A stretch of DNA of 64,000 bases. It comes from Deinococcus sp. (GTDB lineage Bacteria; Deinococcota; Deinococci; Deinococcales; Deinococcaceae). Position numbers and translations under genes: made by a program. Below, one piece after another: positions 39,931 to 50,555 of this stretch. The stretch is taken from NCBI GenBank assembly GCA_965261005.1, contig OZ253375.1, forward strand, positions 384,001 to 448,000, in the 5' to 3' direction. The notes under the pieces are model-generated. The model did not search any database. It saw only the letters and a program-made list of their open reading frames with translations, and was not told where the DNA came from. How positions within the stretch are numbered: the stretch's first letter is position 1; each line of letters starts with the position of its first letter.

Positions 39931-42900
39931 TCAAGATGTCACTTCCCCGGCGCGGCGAATGCTCAGCGCGCGCGAAGCGCCGTCCCCGCCCGTGGTGACG
40001 CCCCACAGCGCGTCCGCCACCTCCATGGTGGCCTTTTGGTGGGTCACCAAGATAAATTGCGTGCCGCGCGCCGCGAAGCGGGTCAAAAAGTGCGTGAAGC
40101 GACGGATGTTGGCCTCGTCGAGGGGCGCGTCCACCTCGTCGAGCACGGCCAGCGCCAAGCCGCGATCCTCGGCGGCGTGCCCGAGGGCGAACAAAAAGGC
40201 GAGGCCCGCCATGGTCCGCTCTCCGGCCGAGAGCAGGTGCATGGCGCGGGTGCGCTTGCCGCCGGGCTGCACGCTCAGCTGGAGGCCACACGGCAGGCCC
40301 GCCTCGTCGTAGGCCGCCTCCAACTCGCCCACCCCGCCGAGCAGCTCGCGGACGTACTCGCCGTAAGCGCGCCGCACCCGCGCGTGAGCGTCCCCGAGCT
40401 GCGCGCCCGCTTCACGCTCCAAGGCGGCGAGGGCGGCGCGCAGTTCCGAGGCGGCGTCCTCGGCGTCCTGTCGTTCGCGCGCGAGGGCGCTCAGCTCCGC
40501 CTCGGCGCGGGCATACTCGGCCTCGGCGCGGTCGTTGACGGGGCCGAGTCGGGCGCGCTCGCCGCGAACCCGGGCCAGTTCGGCGGGCCAGCCGCGCGCG
40601 TCGCCGGGCAGCTCGGCGCCGGGGGGAACATCCTCCAGCAACGCCTCGCGCCGGGCCAAGGTCAGGCGCGTCTCTTCGAGGGTGGCGCGCAGCTCGTTTT
40701 GGCGCCGGGCGAGCGAGGTATGAATCCCGGTCCACTCGGCCAGTTGCCGCTCGGTGGCCGACAAGGCGTCGTCAAGGCCGGCCTGTTCCTCCCAAGCCGT
40801 TCGGCGCCGCCGCGCCTCAAGCTGCGCCTCCTTTGCCAAGGCGGCTTGGTCGGCGAGCTGGGCTGTCAGGACGGCCCGGCGCGCTTCCAACTGCGCCGCC
40901 CGCGAGCGGGCGGCGCGTGCAGCTTCATGAGCGCGAACCAGCTCGCGGGCCTCTGACAACGCGTGTTGCGCGGCCCGCTCGTCAGCGCGGCGCGCGTGCA
41001 GCTCGCCTTGACGCCGGGCGTGCCGGGCCTCCGCCGCGGGCAGATCGGCAGCTTCGCCGCCGGGCGCCGTTTCGGGCGCGCCGCGCGGCTGGTGGTGCAG
41101 GCGGCCGTGCAGGCGACTATGCAACTGGCTATGCAACTCGTCGCGGCGCGTCCTGGCGGCCTGCACGGTCGCCTCGGCGGCGTCCTGGGCGCGCGCCGCC
41201 TCGCGCGCCGCCGAGGTGGCGGCGCGCTGAAGCGCCGCCGAGGTGGCGAGACGCCCTTCCAAAACGCGCGCCTCGGCGCCGTGGCGGGCCGCCTTGGCCG
41301 TCAGGTCGTCACGCTCCAGCTGCAGGCCGCGCAGTTCGGTGTCCAGTTCGGTGAGCCGCCGCGCGTCCGCCAGGTGGTTCGCGCCCGCGTCGCGCGGTTG
41401 GCCGCCGCTGAGGGCGCCGCCGGGTTCGATCAGCTCGCCCTCCGGCGTGACCAGACGTGGGCGCGCGGCGTGGGCGCGGGCCAGTTGGGCGGCGGCGCGC
41501 AGGTCGCGCAGCAGCAGCGTGTCGCCCAGCAGCGCCTCGGCCACGACGCCCGGTTGGCTGAAACACAAGTCGGCCAGGTTGCCCAGCACGCCCGCTGCGC
41601 GTAAAAAGGCGCCCGCGCGGCGCGGCCGGACGCGCAGCAAGTCGAGCGGCAAAAAGGTGGCGCGCCCGCCTTCGCGCTTCAGCCGCTCGATCACTTGGCG
41701 CGCCACCTCTGTGTCCCGCACCACCACCTGCTCCAGGCGCCGTCCCAGCGCCGCCGTGACGGCCAACTCAAACTCCGGGGGCACCGTCAGCACATCGGCC
41801 ACCGCGCCCATCACGCCGTCCTCGCCGGCGCGCAGGGCGTTGCGCGCGCCCTCGCCGTAGCGGGCGAAGCTGGCCGTGAGCCGCGCCAAGTGATCGCGCT
41901 CGCGCGTCAGCGGCCCGCTCGCGGCGAGGACGGCCTGTAGGCGCGCGGTGACCTCGCGCGCGCCGCTGTGCGAACGCTCCAGATCATGGGCCGCCGACGC
42001 GCGTTCGGCGGCGGCCGTCGCCAACTGGGCCTCCGCCTGAAGGGCTTGGGCCGCGTGCCGGGCGGTTTCGGCCGCCGCGAGCGCCGCTTCCGCACGGACC
42101 AGCTCGCTTTGCAGCGTGTCGCGGGCCGTTTCGGCGCGCGCCCGCGCGTCTTGCCGCCGCACGTGCTCGGCGCGCAGGCGGGTCAGCTGAAGTTCGTCCA
42201 CGCGCACCTCACGCTCCAAAGCCTCGGCCGCGCGCCCGTGGGCGTCCAGCTGGGCGCGGAGAGCGTTCAGGTCTGGCGGGGGGCCGGGCGTGGGCGCGAC
42301 CACATCGAGTGCAGTCATTCCCAGTGAGGCCAGTTCGGCGCTCAAGCGCGACTCCTCGGCGCGCAAGTGGTCCAGGTAGCTGGCGGCTTGCCGGGCGGCC
42401 CCGTCGGCGGCGCTCAGGGCGCTGTGCAGCGCGGCGCGCGCCGCCACCTGGGCGCGCAGCGCGCCGAGCGCCTCGCGCGCCGCCGCTTGGGCGCTTTGGG
42501 CCTCGGTCAGGCGCCCGGCCACGGCGGCGGACTGCGTCCTCAGCTCGGCCACGCGCGCGCACAGCTGGGCGATCTCCCCCATCAGACCGCGCCGCCGCGC
42601 CCGCGCCAACGTATCCTCCAGCGCCAATTCACGCGCCCGCAGCGCGCGGGCGGCCTGAGCCGCGTCCGCCTCTCGCCGCAGCGTGCAGGCGCGCGCGGCG
42701 CGCTCCTCTTCGAGCAGGCGCGCGCCTTCCAGGCTCACCTCGGCCGCGTGCAGCTGGGCGCGGGTCTCGCCGCGCATGTGGCGACCCCCGCTGAGGCCCG
42801 CCGCCTCTTCCAGGTAGCCCAGCAAGGTGGCGCCGTCGGCGTGCACCACCCCGGACACCTCGCCCTGCCCGATCACCGCCAAGCCGCCGGGTCCCAGGCC

Positions 42901-43275
42901 GGTGCCGCGCAGCGCCCCCTGCACCTCGCGCGCGCGCGCCGGGCGGCCCATCACGTCCTGTTCGCCGTCGCCGCCGGCGTAGACCCGCCGGGCCAAGTTG
43001 AGCCGGGGGCGCGCCGGCGAGGCGCGCAGTTCGAGGATCACCTCCGCCAAGCCCAGCGGCGCGAGGCCCCCCGCGCCGTGAAAGATCAGCTCACGGCCGC
43101 GCGCGGCGCGCAACTCGCGCGCCCGCGCGCCGTGCGTGACCCAGCGGATCGCCTCCACCAGGTTGCTCTTGCCGCTGCCGTTGGGACCGATCACCGCGCA
43201 GATGCCGCCGTCAAACTCCAAGCGGACCTTGCCCGCGAAGCTCTTGAAGCCTTGCAGCGAGAGGGCGGCGATCAC
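39931..43275 (-). CDS. smc: chromosome segregation SMC protein
   Basis: GFKSF, GPNGSGKSN, hinge GRATFLPLD, LSAGE, LDEVDAPLD, VTHQ. Confidence 0.88.
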   Translation of the reverse strand: MIAALSLQGFKSFAGKVRLEFDGGICAVIGPNGSGKSNLVEAIRWVTHGARARELRAARGRELIFHGAGGLAPLGLAEVILELRASPARPRLNLARRVYAGGDGEQDVMGRPARAREVQGALRGTGLGPGGLAVIGQGEVSGVVHADGATLLGYLEEAAGLSGGRHMRGETRAQLHAAEVSLEGARLLEEERAARACTLRREADAAQAARALRARELALEDTLARARRRGLMGEIAQLCARVAELRTQSAAVAGRLTEAQSAQAAAREALGALRAQVAARAALHSALSAADGAARQAASYLDHLRAEESRLSAELASLGMTALDVVAPTPGPPPDLNALRAQLDAHGRAAEALEREVRVDELQLTRLRAEHVRRQDARARAETARDTLQSELVRAEAALAAAETARHAAQALQAEAQLATAAAERASAAHDLERSHSGAREVTARLQAVLAASGPLTRERDHLARLTASFARYGEGARNALRAGEDGVMGAVADVLTVPPEFELAVTAALGRRLEQVVVRDTEVARQVIERLKREGGRATFLPLDLLRVRPRRAGAFLRAAGVLGNLADLCFSQPGVVAEALLGDTLLLRDLRAAAQLARAHAARPRLVTPEGELIEPGGALSGGQPRDAGANHLADARRLTELDTELRGLQLERDDLTAKAARHGAEARVLEGRLATSAALQRAATSAAREAARAQDAAEATVQAARTRRDELHSQLHSRLHGRLHHQPRGAPETAPGGEAADLPAAEARHARRQGELHARRADERAAQHALSEARELVRAHEAARAARSRAAQLEARRAVLTAQLADQAALAKEAQLEARRRRTAWEEQAGLDDALSATERQLAEWTGIHTSLARRQNELRATLEETRLTLARREALLEDVPPGAELPGDARGWPAELARVRGERARLGPVNDRAEAEYARAEAELSALARERQDAEDAASELRAALAALEREAGAQLGDAHARVRRAYGEYVRELLGGVGELEAAYDEAGLPCGLQLSVQPGGKRTRAMHLLSAGERTMAGLAFLFALGHAAEDRGLALAVLDEVDAPLDEANIRRFTHFLTRFAARGTQFILVTHQKATMEVADALWGVTTGGDGASRALSIRRAGEVTS

Positions 43276-43300
43276 GCTGTACGGGTGGACACGTGCCTAC

Positions 43301-43846
43301 TCACAGTTTGCAGTCGTCCTTGGTGTAGGCGGGGCGCAGATCGAGGTGGCCCAGCAGCGTGTCGGCGCTTTTGCCGGCCACCAAGAAGCTGACGTCACGC
43401 GCCGAACCGGCGTCGATCAGGGTGTTGACCATGCTGCACAGCAACATCTGTTCGCCGCTGGTGCCGTAGTTGAGCCGGGTATAGGCGGCCGGCAAGTTGA
43501 TCAAAGCGTGTTCGCCGCTCAGCCACACCTGCGGCGTCTCCCCCGCCGGCAGGGCGCGCAAGCCGCCCTGTTTGGGGCCGGCGACCAGCGCCCCCAGGGC
43601 CGCTTGGGCCGTCGCTTGCGGCGTCGCGCGCGCCACCGGCACGGCCCGCTCCTCGGTGCGGTAGCCCTCGACCTGGGCGTCGCTGAAGTACAGCGTGAGC
43701 CGTTGGGCCGCGCCCGCTTGGCCTTGGGCGACGGTGGGCACCTGCGGCGTGGCGGGCGGGCGCCCCACCCAGGTCCAAGTCGCCCACGCCAGCAGCAGCA
43801 GCAGCAACGCGATCACGTTGAAGGGACTCAACACCCTTTTGATCAC
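43301..43846 (-). CDS. GerMN-domain protein
   Basis: N-terminal TM; LYF, L.ALVAGP, SMVNTL, V.FLVAG. Confidence 0.75.
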   Translation of the reverse strand: MIKRVLSPFNVIALLLLLLAWATWTWVGRPPATPQVPTVAQGQAGAAQRLTLYFSDAQVEGYRTEERAVPVARATPQATAQAALGALVAGPKQGGLRALPAGETPQVWLSGEHALINLPAAYTRLNYGTSGEQMLLCSMVNTLIDAGSARDVSFLVAGKSADTLLGHLDLRPAYTKDDCKL

Positions 43847-45258
43847 GTGCCGCCCTCCTGTTCGGCGCGCGCCGACAGGTAGCTGGCCACGCCGCGCGCC
43901 AGCGCGGTGGCCAGCTTGCTCAGGGCCGCGCGGTCGCGCAGCCGCGCCGCGTCGGCGCCGTTTTGCGCCCAGCCGAGTTCGATCAGCAGCGCCGCGTGCG
44001 GCGCCTCGCGCAGCGCCAGCAGTTGGCTTTGTTGCTGAACGCGCACCTTGAGGTTGAGGGCGCTGAGTTCACCCCTCACCAGCTGCGACAGCCGGCGCTG
44101 CTCGCCGTCGCCGCCCACCGCCAAGCGGCTCAGCGTTCCCGGCGCGCCGTCCGCGCGCACGGCGTCGGTCAAGGTGAGGCCGCTGTCGCCGCGCCCCTCG
44201 TACAAGGTGACGCCCCCAGCCGCCGCCCCCGGCAAGCTGGCCACCTCCACACTGAGAAACACGTCGCTGGAGCGCGCCGCCGCTGCGCGCTCCAGCGGGC
44301 TGGCCGGCTCGGCGCCGCCGCGGGTCAAACGGACTTGCCAGCCCGCTTGGGTCAGCAGATCGCCCACCGCGCGCGCGACCTCCAGCGTTACGTCGCCGGG
44401 CAGGCTTCCGGGTGAGTTCGGCGCCCCCAGCAGGGGATCGAGCACGATCAGCGGCCGGCGCAGCTTGGCCTGTAAGGCCGGCAGCTGGAGCGGAACGCCC
44501 GGCCCCACGTCGAGCACCACACCCGTCTGTACAGTGCCCGCTTGGCCAGTGCCCGCTTGGCCCGGGGTGATTGGCGGGGCGGCGTAGGCGCGAAAGCCGC
44601 TGCCGCCCGGCAGCGGCGCGCTGACGACCAAGTCCCCGTTTTCGCGCCGCACCCGCACGCGCGGCAAGTAGTGCCCGCTGGTCGAGTAGGTCTGCTCCGC
44701 GCCGCTGACCCCTGGCAAGACCAGTTCCAGGCGATTGCCCACCAAGCGTGTGGAAAAGCTGGCGTCGCCCTTCAGTTCGAGGACCAGCCGGTCCGACCCT
44801 TCGCCGGCGCGCGACGCCACGCCGGTGAGGCGCGCCGGCGGCAAGCTCAGGCGCCCAGGGGCGTAGTCCGCCCCGAGACCGCGCGCCAGCGTGTCGAGGG
44901 GCAGGTACAAGTGGTCGTGGATCAAGGTGGCGGTGCGGGCGTTCACCCGCGCGGTGTCGAGTTGCACGGTGGCCCCACCCGAGGCCGCGCGGCGCGCGTC
45001 GGCGTCGAGCGGCAGCAGCAGCGCGTGCCCAAAGCCCCGCACCCGGATCAGGTCGCCGTCCCGCTCGATCTTGAGCCGCCCCGTCAGCACGCTGTCGCGG
45101 GCGTACTCGGCGCCCCCCAGCAACACCGAGGGCGCCGACTTGCCGAACAGCGTGACGGTCGAGAAGTGCAGTTGGGCCGCCGCGAGGCCCGACAGGGCCA
45201 GCCAGCCCAAAACCGCACAGCCCAAAACCGCGCAGGTTTTCCTGAACGCCGTCATCAC
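43843..45258 (-). CDS. N-acetylmuramoyl-L-alanine amidase-like protein (AMIN-like + Amidase_3), degenerate active site
   Basis: IVLDP, VRLTR, ERAAAA, FLSV, ALLIELG motifs; Zn-ligand His residues not visible. Confidence 0.65.
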   Translation of the reverse strand: MMTAFRKTCAVLGCAVLGWLALSGLAAAQLHFSTVTLFGKSAPSVLLGGAEYARDSVLTGRLKIERDGDLIRVRGFGHALLLPLDADARRAASGGATVQLDTARVNARTATLIHDHLYLPLDTLARGLGADYAPGRLSLPPARLTGVASRAGEGSDRLVLELKGDASFSTRLVGNRLELVLPGVSGAEQTYSTSGHYLPRVRVRRENGDLVVSAPLPGGSGFRAYAAPPITPGQAGTGQAGTVQTGVVLDVGPGVPLQLPALQAKLRRPLIVLDPLLGAPNSPGSLPGDVTLEVARAVGDLLTQAGWQVRLTRGGAEPASPLERAAAARSSDVFLSVEVASLPGAAAGGVTLYEGRGDSGLTLTDAVRADGAPGTLSRLAVGGDGEQRRLSQLVRGELSALNLKVRVQQQSQLLALREAPHAALLIELGWAQNGADAARLRDRAALSKLATALARGVASYLSARAEQEGGT

Positions 45259-45677
45259 GCCTCGCGCATTTCGCGGCGCGCCTCGCGCTCGCGCTCGCTG
45301 CGCCGCTTGTCGTGTAGCTGCTTACCGCGCGCCAGCGCCAGCTCGACTTTGTAGCGGCGTCCCTTTTGGTACAGCCGCACCGGCACCAAGGTCAGGCCCT
45401 TTTGCGATAGGGCGCGCTCCAGCTTGAGAATTTCCTGGCGATGCAGCAACAAGCGGCGTTTACGGCGCGGCTCGTGGTTGTTGTACGAGGCGTCTTTGTA
45501 GGGGGGAATGTAGAGGCCTTCGAGTTCGACGTTGTGACGCTCGACGCGGGCGTAGGCGTCGCGGAAGTCGATGCCCCCCTCGCGCACGCTCCTGGCCTCG
45601 CTGCCGGTCAGGGCGATGCCGGCCTCGAGGGTGTCGAGCAGTTCGTACTCGAAGCGGGCGCGGCGGTTGACGTACAC
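45255..45677 (-). CDS. smpB: SsrA-binding protein
   Basis: NRRARFEY, EAGIALTGSE, LLLHRQEI, GKQLHDKR; TACAAT 6 nt before the GTG. Confidence 0.95.
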   Translation of the reverse strand: MYVNRRARFEYELLDTLEAGIALTGSEARSVREGGIDFRDAYARVERHNVELEGLYIPPYKDASYNNHEPRRKRRLLLHRQEILKLERALSQKGLTLVPVRLYQKGRRYKVELALARGKQLHDKRRSEREREARREMREA

Positions 45678-45837
45678 GCGCGCATTGTAGCAGGCGGAAC
45701 TTAAAGCGTTTGTCAGAAGTATTGAGTGCTTTCTTCAATACTTCCCGAGTGGAACGAGTAGCAATAGGAGGGCATTTGGCAATGGCATGGAGCGGCGTAG
45801 GCGGAGCCGGAGCCGCGCAATACAATTGCCAAATGCC

Positions 45838-47271
45838 TTAAAGGTCCCAGCGGCGCTGGCGTCCGGCGCGCAGGGCCAGGATCAGCCCGAGAACGCACGC
45901 GGCCAGCGCCGGCCGGTCGCCCCAGCGGACGTAGGGGGTCAGGCCCTTCAGGTAGGCGAAGCGGGCGTGGATCACGCCGGAACCGGGGCCGGCGTCCTCC
46001 TGGCGCACCCGGCCAAGCGGGTCGATCACGGCCGCAATGCCGTCGTTGACCGACCTGAGCACGAAGCGCCGGGTCTCGATGGCGCGCAGGCGGCCCATCT
46101 GAAAGTGCTGCCGCACCCCCAGGCTGTTGCCGTAGTAGCCGTCGTTGGACACGTTGACCAACACCCCGGCCCCGCCGCGCGTGAGGGCGGCCGTGACGCG
46201 GCCGAACACGCTGTCGTAGCAGATGTAGGTGCCGTAGCTGTGGCCGCCGAGGTCGAGCGGCCGGGGACGTGTGCCTGCCAAGGTGGCCTCCAGCGGCGGC
46301 AAGCCGAGCAGGGCGAACACCGCGTTGTAAGCGCGCCGCGCCGGCACGAGCAGCGGGAAATACTCGCCGAAGGGCACCGGCTGGGCCTTGTCGTACTGGC
46401 CGAGGGTGTGGGCGCCGTTCCAACCGACGGCGCTGTTGCGCTCGGTCAGGCGGATGCCCAGCAGCATGGGGCGCCGGGGCAGCAGCGCCCGCTGATCGTC
46501 AAAGGGGCGCCCGTCGATGGCGGTCTCGGACCAGATCAGCAGCTCGTCCGGCTGCGCCGCGCGCGACAGGCGCAGCATCTCGGCGAGCTGAATGGTGCCG
46601 TCCGAGCCGCTCGCCTTGTCAAAGGAGTCGAAATTGGTGCGCAGCAGCAAGGCTTGGCCCGGCTCGCCGGCGCGCTCGTTGCGGGTCAGGCCGTAGGCCA
46701 GCGAGGCGCCCCACAGCGCGGCGATCCACAGCAGCGGACGCCACGCGCCGCGCGCCAAGGCGATAAGGGCGGCGGCGCTCAGGGTCACCAACAGCGAGAG
46801 CGCCAGCACCCCACCCAAGTCCGCGATCTGCGCGGCCGGGGTGGGCAGCAGGGTGTAGCCCAGGGTGCCCCACGGAAAGGCCGGCGGCCCCAAATGCTTC
46901 AGCCACTCCAGCAGCGCCCAGCCGAAGGCGAGCAGCCACACCCGCGGCAGCGCCCTCCCCGTGGCGCGCGAGCACAGCCAGCCGAGCGCGGCCCAAAAGA
47001 GCGCCTCAAGGGCGTACAGCGGCAAAAACATCACGGCGCCGAAGGGGCCGAAGCCCGCCCCGAAGCTGGCCGGCAGCCAGTAGAGCGTGGCGGTAAAAAA
47101 GGCCAAACCGGCCCAAAACAGCCGCGCGGCGCCTGCCGTGGGCCGCGCGGGCTGGGCGGCGTAGGCGAACAAGGCCGCCAGCGGCAAGGGGCTGAGCCAA
47201 CTCCAGGGATACGGCAGGCCGCATAGCGCCAGCAAGGCGCCCAGCGCGAGGGACATCAGGGCAGAACGCAC
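45838..47271 (-). CDS. lnt: apolipoprotein N-acyltransferase
   Basis: TM N-half; WSETA, K..PVPFGEY, ICYDS, SNDGYY, RAIETRR. Confidence 0.88.
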   Translation of the reverse strand: MRSALMSLALGALLALCGLPYPWSWLSPLPLAALFAYAAQPARPTAGAARLFWAGLAFFTATLYWLPASFGAGFGPFGAVMFLPLYALEALFWAALGWLCSRATGRALPRVWLLAFGWALLEWLKHLGPPAFPWGTLGYTLLPTPAAQIADLGGVLALSLLVTLSAAALIALARGAWRPLLWIAALWGASLAYGLTRNERAGEPGQALLLRTNFDSFDKASGSDGTIQLAEMLRLSRAAQPDELLIWSETAIDGRPFDDQRALLPRRPMLLGIRLTERNSAVGWNGAHTLGQYDKAQPVPFGEYFPLLVPARRAYNAVFALLGLPPLEATLAGTRPRPLDLGGHSYGTYICYDSVFGRVTAALTRGGAGVLVNVSNDGYYGNSLGVRQHFQMGRLRAIETRRFVLRSVNDGIAAVIDPLGRVRQEDAGPGSGVIHARFAYLKGLTPYVRWGDRPALAACVLGLILALRAGRQRRWDL

Positions 47272-47361
47272 CCGGTCACTCTAGCGCCCGAATTTGAGGA
47301 GCGCCCGAGTTTGAGTTTTCTCCCTTCGTGAGCGCAGGATGTGGTGTAGCCTGAGCGTACC

Positions 47362-48066
47362 TTGCGACTGGCCTTTTTGAGCGACATTCACGGCAACATT
47401 CACGCCCTCAGCGCGGTGCAGCGCTTTTTGAGCGAGGAGCAGGTCGAGTCGGTGGTGATTCTGGGCGATCTGGTGGGGTACGGCGCCTCGCCGGGGGCGG
47501 TGATCGACCTGGTGCAGCGCGCCGGCTGGGTGAGCGCCTTGGGGTCCAGCGACGCGCGGGCCGCCTTTGAGTTCGCCGAGCGCGGCGCGCGCGCCGGGGT
47601 GGCCGAGCAGACCTTGACCTGGACCCGCGGCATGCTTTCGGGCGAGCAAATGGACTTTTTGCGCCGGCTGCCCACCGGCGGGCGCATTATGACCAAGCTG
47701 GGCCGGGTGCGCTACTTCCACGGCTCGCCGCACGACCCGGACTCACGCCTGGACTTGATGGGCGAGGACCGCGACCTCAGCTTCGTGCTGGAGAATCTGG
47801 GCGCCAAGGTGGTCGTCTGCGGCGGAACCCATGTGCCGTACTTTCGCAAGGTGGAGGGTGGCCTCTTCATCGATCCCGGCTCGGTCGGGCTGTCGCTCAA
47901 CCGCGAGCCGGGCGCGGACGTCGCCATTCTCGACATCCTCGATCAGGAGGTGAAGGTCCATCTGCACAAGGTCGCCTACGATTACCACGCCGCCGCCTTC
48001 GATATCGTCGCGTGGGACCTGCCCCCGGTGATCGCCGATGTGATCAAGACGGGGTGTATGGGGTGA
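47362..48066 (+). CDS. metallophosphoesterase
   Basis: [27 protein letters not shown]. Confidence 0.85.
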   Translation: MRLAFLSDIHGNIHALSAVQRFLSEEQVESVVILGDLVGYGASPGAVIDLVQRAGWVSALGSSDARAAFEFAERGARAGVAEQTLTWTRGMLSGEQMDFLRRLPTGGRIMTKLGRVRYFHGSPHDPDSRLDLMGEDRDLSFVLENLGAKVVVCGGTHVPYFRKVEGGLFIDPGSVGLSLNREPGADVAILDILDQEVKVHLHKVAYDYHAAAFDIVAWDLPPVIADVIKTGCMG

Positions 48067-48679
48067 GCAGGCGCTCAAGGCGTGTTCGTACGCCCGGCCA
48101 CTCCCCTTGCAGAATGCTGTACATGGCGCTGTCGCGCACGCCGCCGTCCGCCGCCGGAACGTGGGCGCGCAGCAGACCGTCCAGGTGGGCGCCCAGGCGC
48201 TCTATGGCGGCGCGTGAGGTTGTGTTGCGGGCGTCGGTCTTGAGGGTGACGCGCCGCACTTGCCAAGTTTCAAAGGCGTGCTTTAGCATCAACAGCTTGG
48301 CCTCGGTGTTGACGCCGCTTCCTCGGGCCTGTGGGATCAGCCAGGTCGCCCCGATCTCGACGGCGTCGAGTTCGCCGCTTCTGTGTTGCCAATTCCAGCG
48401 CTCGGCGTTCAGAAAGCGGGTGGAGCCGAGCGCTTCGCCCGTCCGCGCGCCGAGGGTGATGAGGGGGAGGGCTGAGCCACGCGTCCAGTCGTCGAGGGCG
48501 CTCTCCACGTAGGCGCGCGTGGCGCTCTCCCCCGCCGGTACGTTGGTCAGGTCGTAGCCGGAACGGTCGTGGGCCGCGATCTCGGCCAGGGCCGGGATGT
48601 GTGACAGATCCAGAGGTTCGAGCCGGACCAGGGCGCCTTGCAGGGTGACCGGTTGTAGGGTGACCGGGGCCAACCTCAT
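48044..48679 (-). CDS. GNAT (RimJ/RimL) acetyltransferase
   Basis: [25 protein letters not shown]. Confidence 0.85.
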   Translation of the reverse strand: MRLAPVTLQPVTLQGALVRLEPLDLSHIPALAEIAAHDRSGYDLTNVPAGESATRAYVESALDDWTRGSALPLITLGARTGEALGSTRFLNAERWNWQHRSGELDAVEIGATWLIPQARGSGVNTEAKLLMLKHAFETWQVRRVTLKTDARNTTSRAAIERLGAHLDGLLRAHVPAADGGVRDSAMYSILQGEWPGVRTRLERLLTPYTPS

Positions 48680-49269
48680 TCGCGCTCGCGCATCAGCCCG
48701 GCGGTGTCGCGCTCGTGCTGGTGGGGGCTGTTGGCGAGGTGGCGGGCGACGTTTTTTCGGTCCTGGTCTCCCTTGTTCTGGCTCAGCTTGAATTTGCCCT
48801 CTAAGCGGGCGACGCGCACTTCGAAGGTGACCACGCCGGCCAGCAGGCGGGTCTCGAAGTCGGCTGGAATGGGTGGCGCGTCCGGCGTGTGGGCGGCCAG
48901 CAGGCGGCGGGCGAGGGCGCGCTCGGCCTCGCCCCCGACAAGGCGCGCCTCACCGTAGGCGTGGACGGCGGCGTAGTTCCAGGTGGGAACGTTGGGGGCG
49001 CTGGCATACCAAGCGCTGTTCACCAGGGCGTGCGGTCCCTGAAAGACGGCCAGCACCTCCGCCTCCCCGAAGTGCCGCCACTGGGGGTTGGCACGCGCGA
49101 GGTGCGAGCGCAGGTAGAGTTGGCCGCCTTCCTCTTCGGTCAGCAGGGGCAGGTGGGTGGCGAAGGGGACGCCGTTCGGGGCCGTGACCAGGGTGGCGAA
49201 GGGGTAGGCGCGCATCAGCTGAAGTTGGGTGGCGCGGTCGTCCTCGCGGGCGTAGGCGGGCAGGTACAT
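48676..49269 (-). CDS. PaiB-like FMN-binding protein
   Basis: MYLP, ATHLP, HLARANPQW, VPTWNY, KFKLSQN. Confidence 0.85.
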   Translation of the reverse strand: MYLPAYAREDDRATQLQLMRAYPFATLVTAPNGVPFATHLPLLTEEEGGQLYLRSHLARANPQWRHFGEAEVLAVFQGPHALVNSAWYASAPNVPTWNYAAVHAYGEARLVGGEAERALARRLLAAHTPDAPPIPADFETRLLAGVVTFEVRVARLEGKFKLSQNKGDQDRKNVARHLANSPHQHERDTAGLMRERE

Positions 49270-49282
49270 CAGCCACTTCCTT

Positions 49283-50425
49283 TCATACAACCGGCACGCC
49301 CAGGGCGTCCTCGAAGCGGGCCGGCAGGTCGGGCGCCCTCAGCAGCTCGCCGAGTTCGGCCATCAAGCGGCGGTAGGGGGCCGGGCGGGCGGCCTCGCCC
49401 ATCAGGCCCAGGCGCCACATCAAACCGGCGGTGGGGCCGAGGCCCCCCGCCACGCTGACGCCGCGCGTTCTCAGCTCGGCGCGCACTTGGGCGTCGTCGA
49501 GGCCCGGCGGCAGCCGCAGCGCCAGCACGCTGGGCAGGCGGGCGGCCGGCGCGCTGACGGCGTGGGTGAAGCCCAGCGGCGCGAGGGCCGTCTCTATGGC
49601 GCTTCCGAGCCGCGCGGCCCGCTCGGCTCGCGCCGGCAGGCCCTCTTCCAAGGTGGCGCGCAGGGCGGCGTGCAGGGCGTAGTGGAGGTTGACCGGCACG
49701 GTGTGGTGGTAGGCGTGGTCTTCCCAGTACGCGCGCAAACCTCCGAAGTCGCAATACCACAGCGGCGTGGGCGCGCGGCAGGCGGCGAAGCGCGCCAGGG
49801 CGCGCCCGCTGACGGCGATGGGCGCCACCCCCGGCGGCGCTGACAGGCACTTTTGCGAGCCGGTGTAGGCGTAGTCCACGCCCCAGGCCGCCATCTCGAA
49901 GGGCTGCATGCCGGCGGTCGTCACGGCGTCCACCGCCAGCAGCGCGCCCGAGCCGCGCACGGCCTCGGCGATCCCCGGCAGTGGGTTCAGCACGCCGGTG
50001 CTGGTCTCGCCGTGGACCAGGGCGACCAGCTTGGTTCCTTTGACGGCGGCGGCCACGTCGTCCACCTTGATGGCTTGACCCGGGGGGGCGCTGACCCAGC
50101 GGATTCGCGCGCCGTAGCGGGCCGCCATCTCGGCCATGCGCTCACCAAAGGCGCCGTTGGCGCAGATGAGGACCTCGTCGCCGGCCTCTACCAGGTTGGC
50201 GAAGCCGGCCTCCATGCCCAGGCTGCCGGTGCCCGAAAGCAGCGCCGTAAAGGCGTCCGGCGCGCCGTAGAGTTGGCGCAGGTCGCGCTGAATCTCGCTG
50301 TTCAGCACGAACACCTCGGGGTCCATGTGGCCCAGCAGCGGCCGGGCCAGGGCGGCCTGGGCGCGCGGGTGAATGGGCGTGGGGCCAGGGGTGAGCAGCA
50401 CGACCTCGGACGCGAAGGGGCGCAT
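49283..50425 (-). CDS. class V aminotransferase (alanine/serine-glyoxylate type)
   Basis: [23 protein letters not shown]. Confidence 0.88.
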   Translation of the reverse strand: MRPFASEVVLLTPGPTPIHPRAQAALARPLLGHMDPEVFVLNSEIQRDLRQLYGAPDAFTALLSGTGSLGMEAGFANLVEAGDEVLICANGAFGERMAEMAARYGARIRWVSAPPGQAIKVDDVAAAVKGTKLVALVHGETSTGVLNPLPGIAEAVRGSGALLAVDAVTTAGMQPFEMAAWGVDYAYTGSQKCLSAPPGVAPIAVSGRALARFAACRAPTPLWYCDFGGLRAYWEDHAYHHTVPVNLHYALHAALRATLEEGLPARAERAARLGSAIETALAPLGFTHAVSAPAARLPSVLALRLPPGLDDAQVRAELRTRGVSVAGGLGPTAGLMWRLGLMGEAARPAPYRRLMAELGELLRAPDLPARFEDALGVPVV

Positions 50426-50555
50426 GGGGCAGTCTAGCGTGCCGGGGTGCCAAAGCTAAAGGGCCGTTGACGTGATTGGTACAAAGGACGTCCCGGCATG
50501 CATGACCATGACTTTGGAGACGCCGCGGGTGCGGTGTCCGGCAAAGGAGGTTGGC

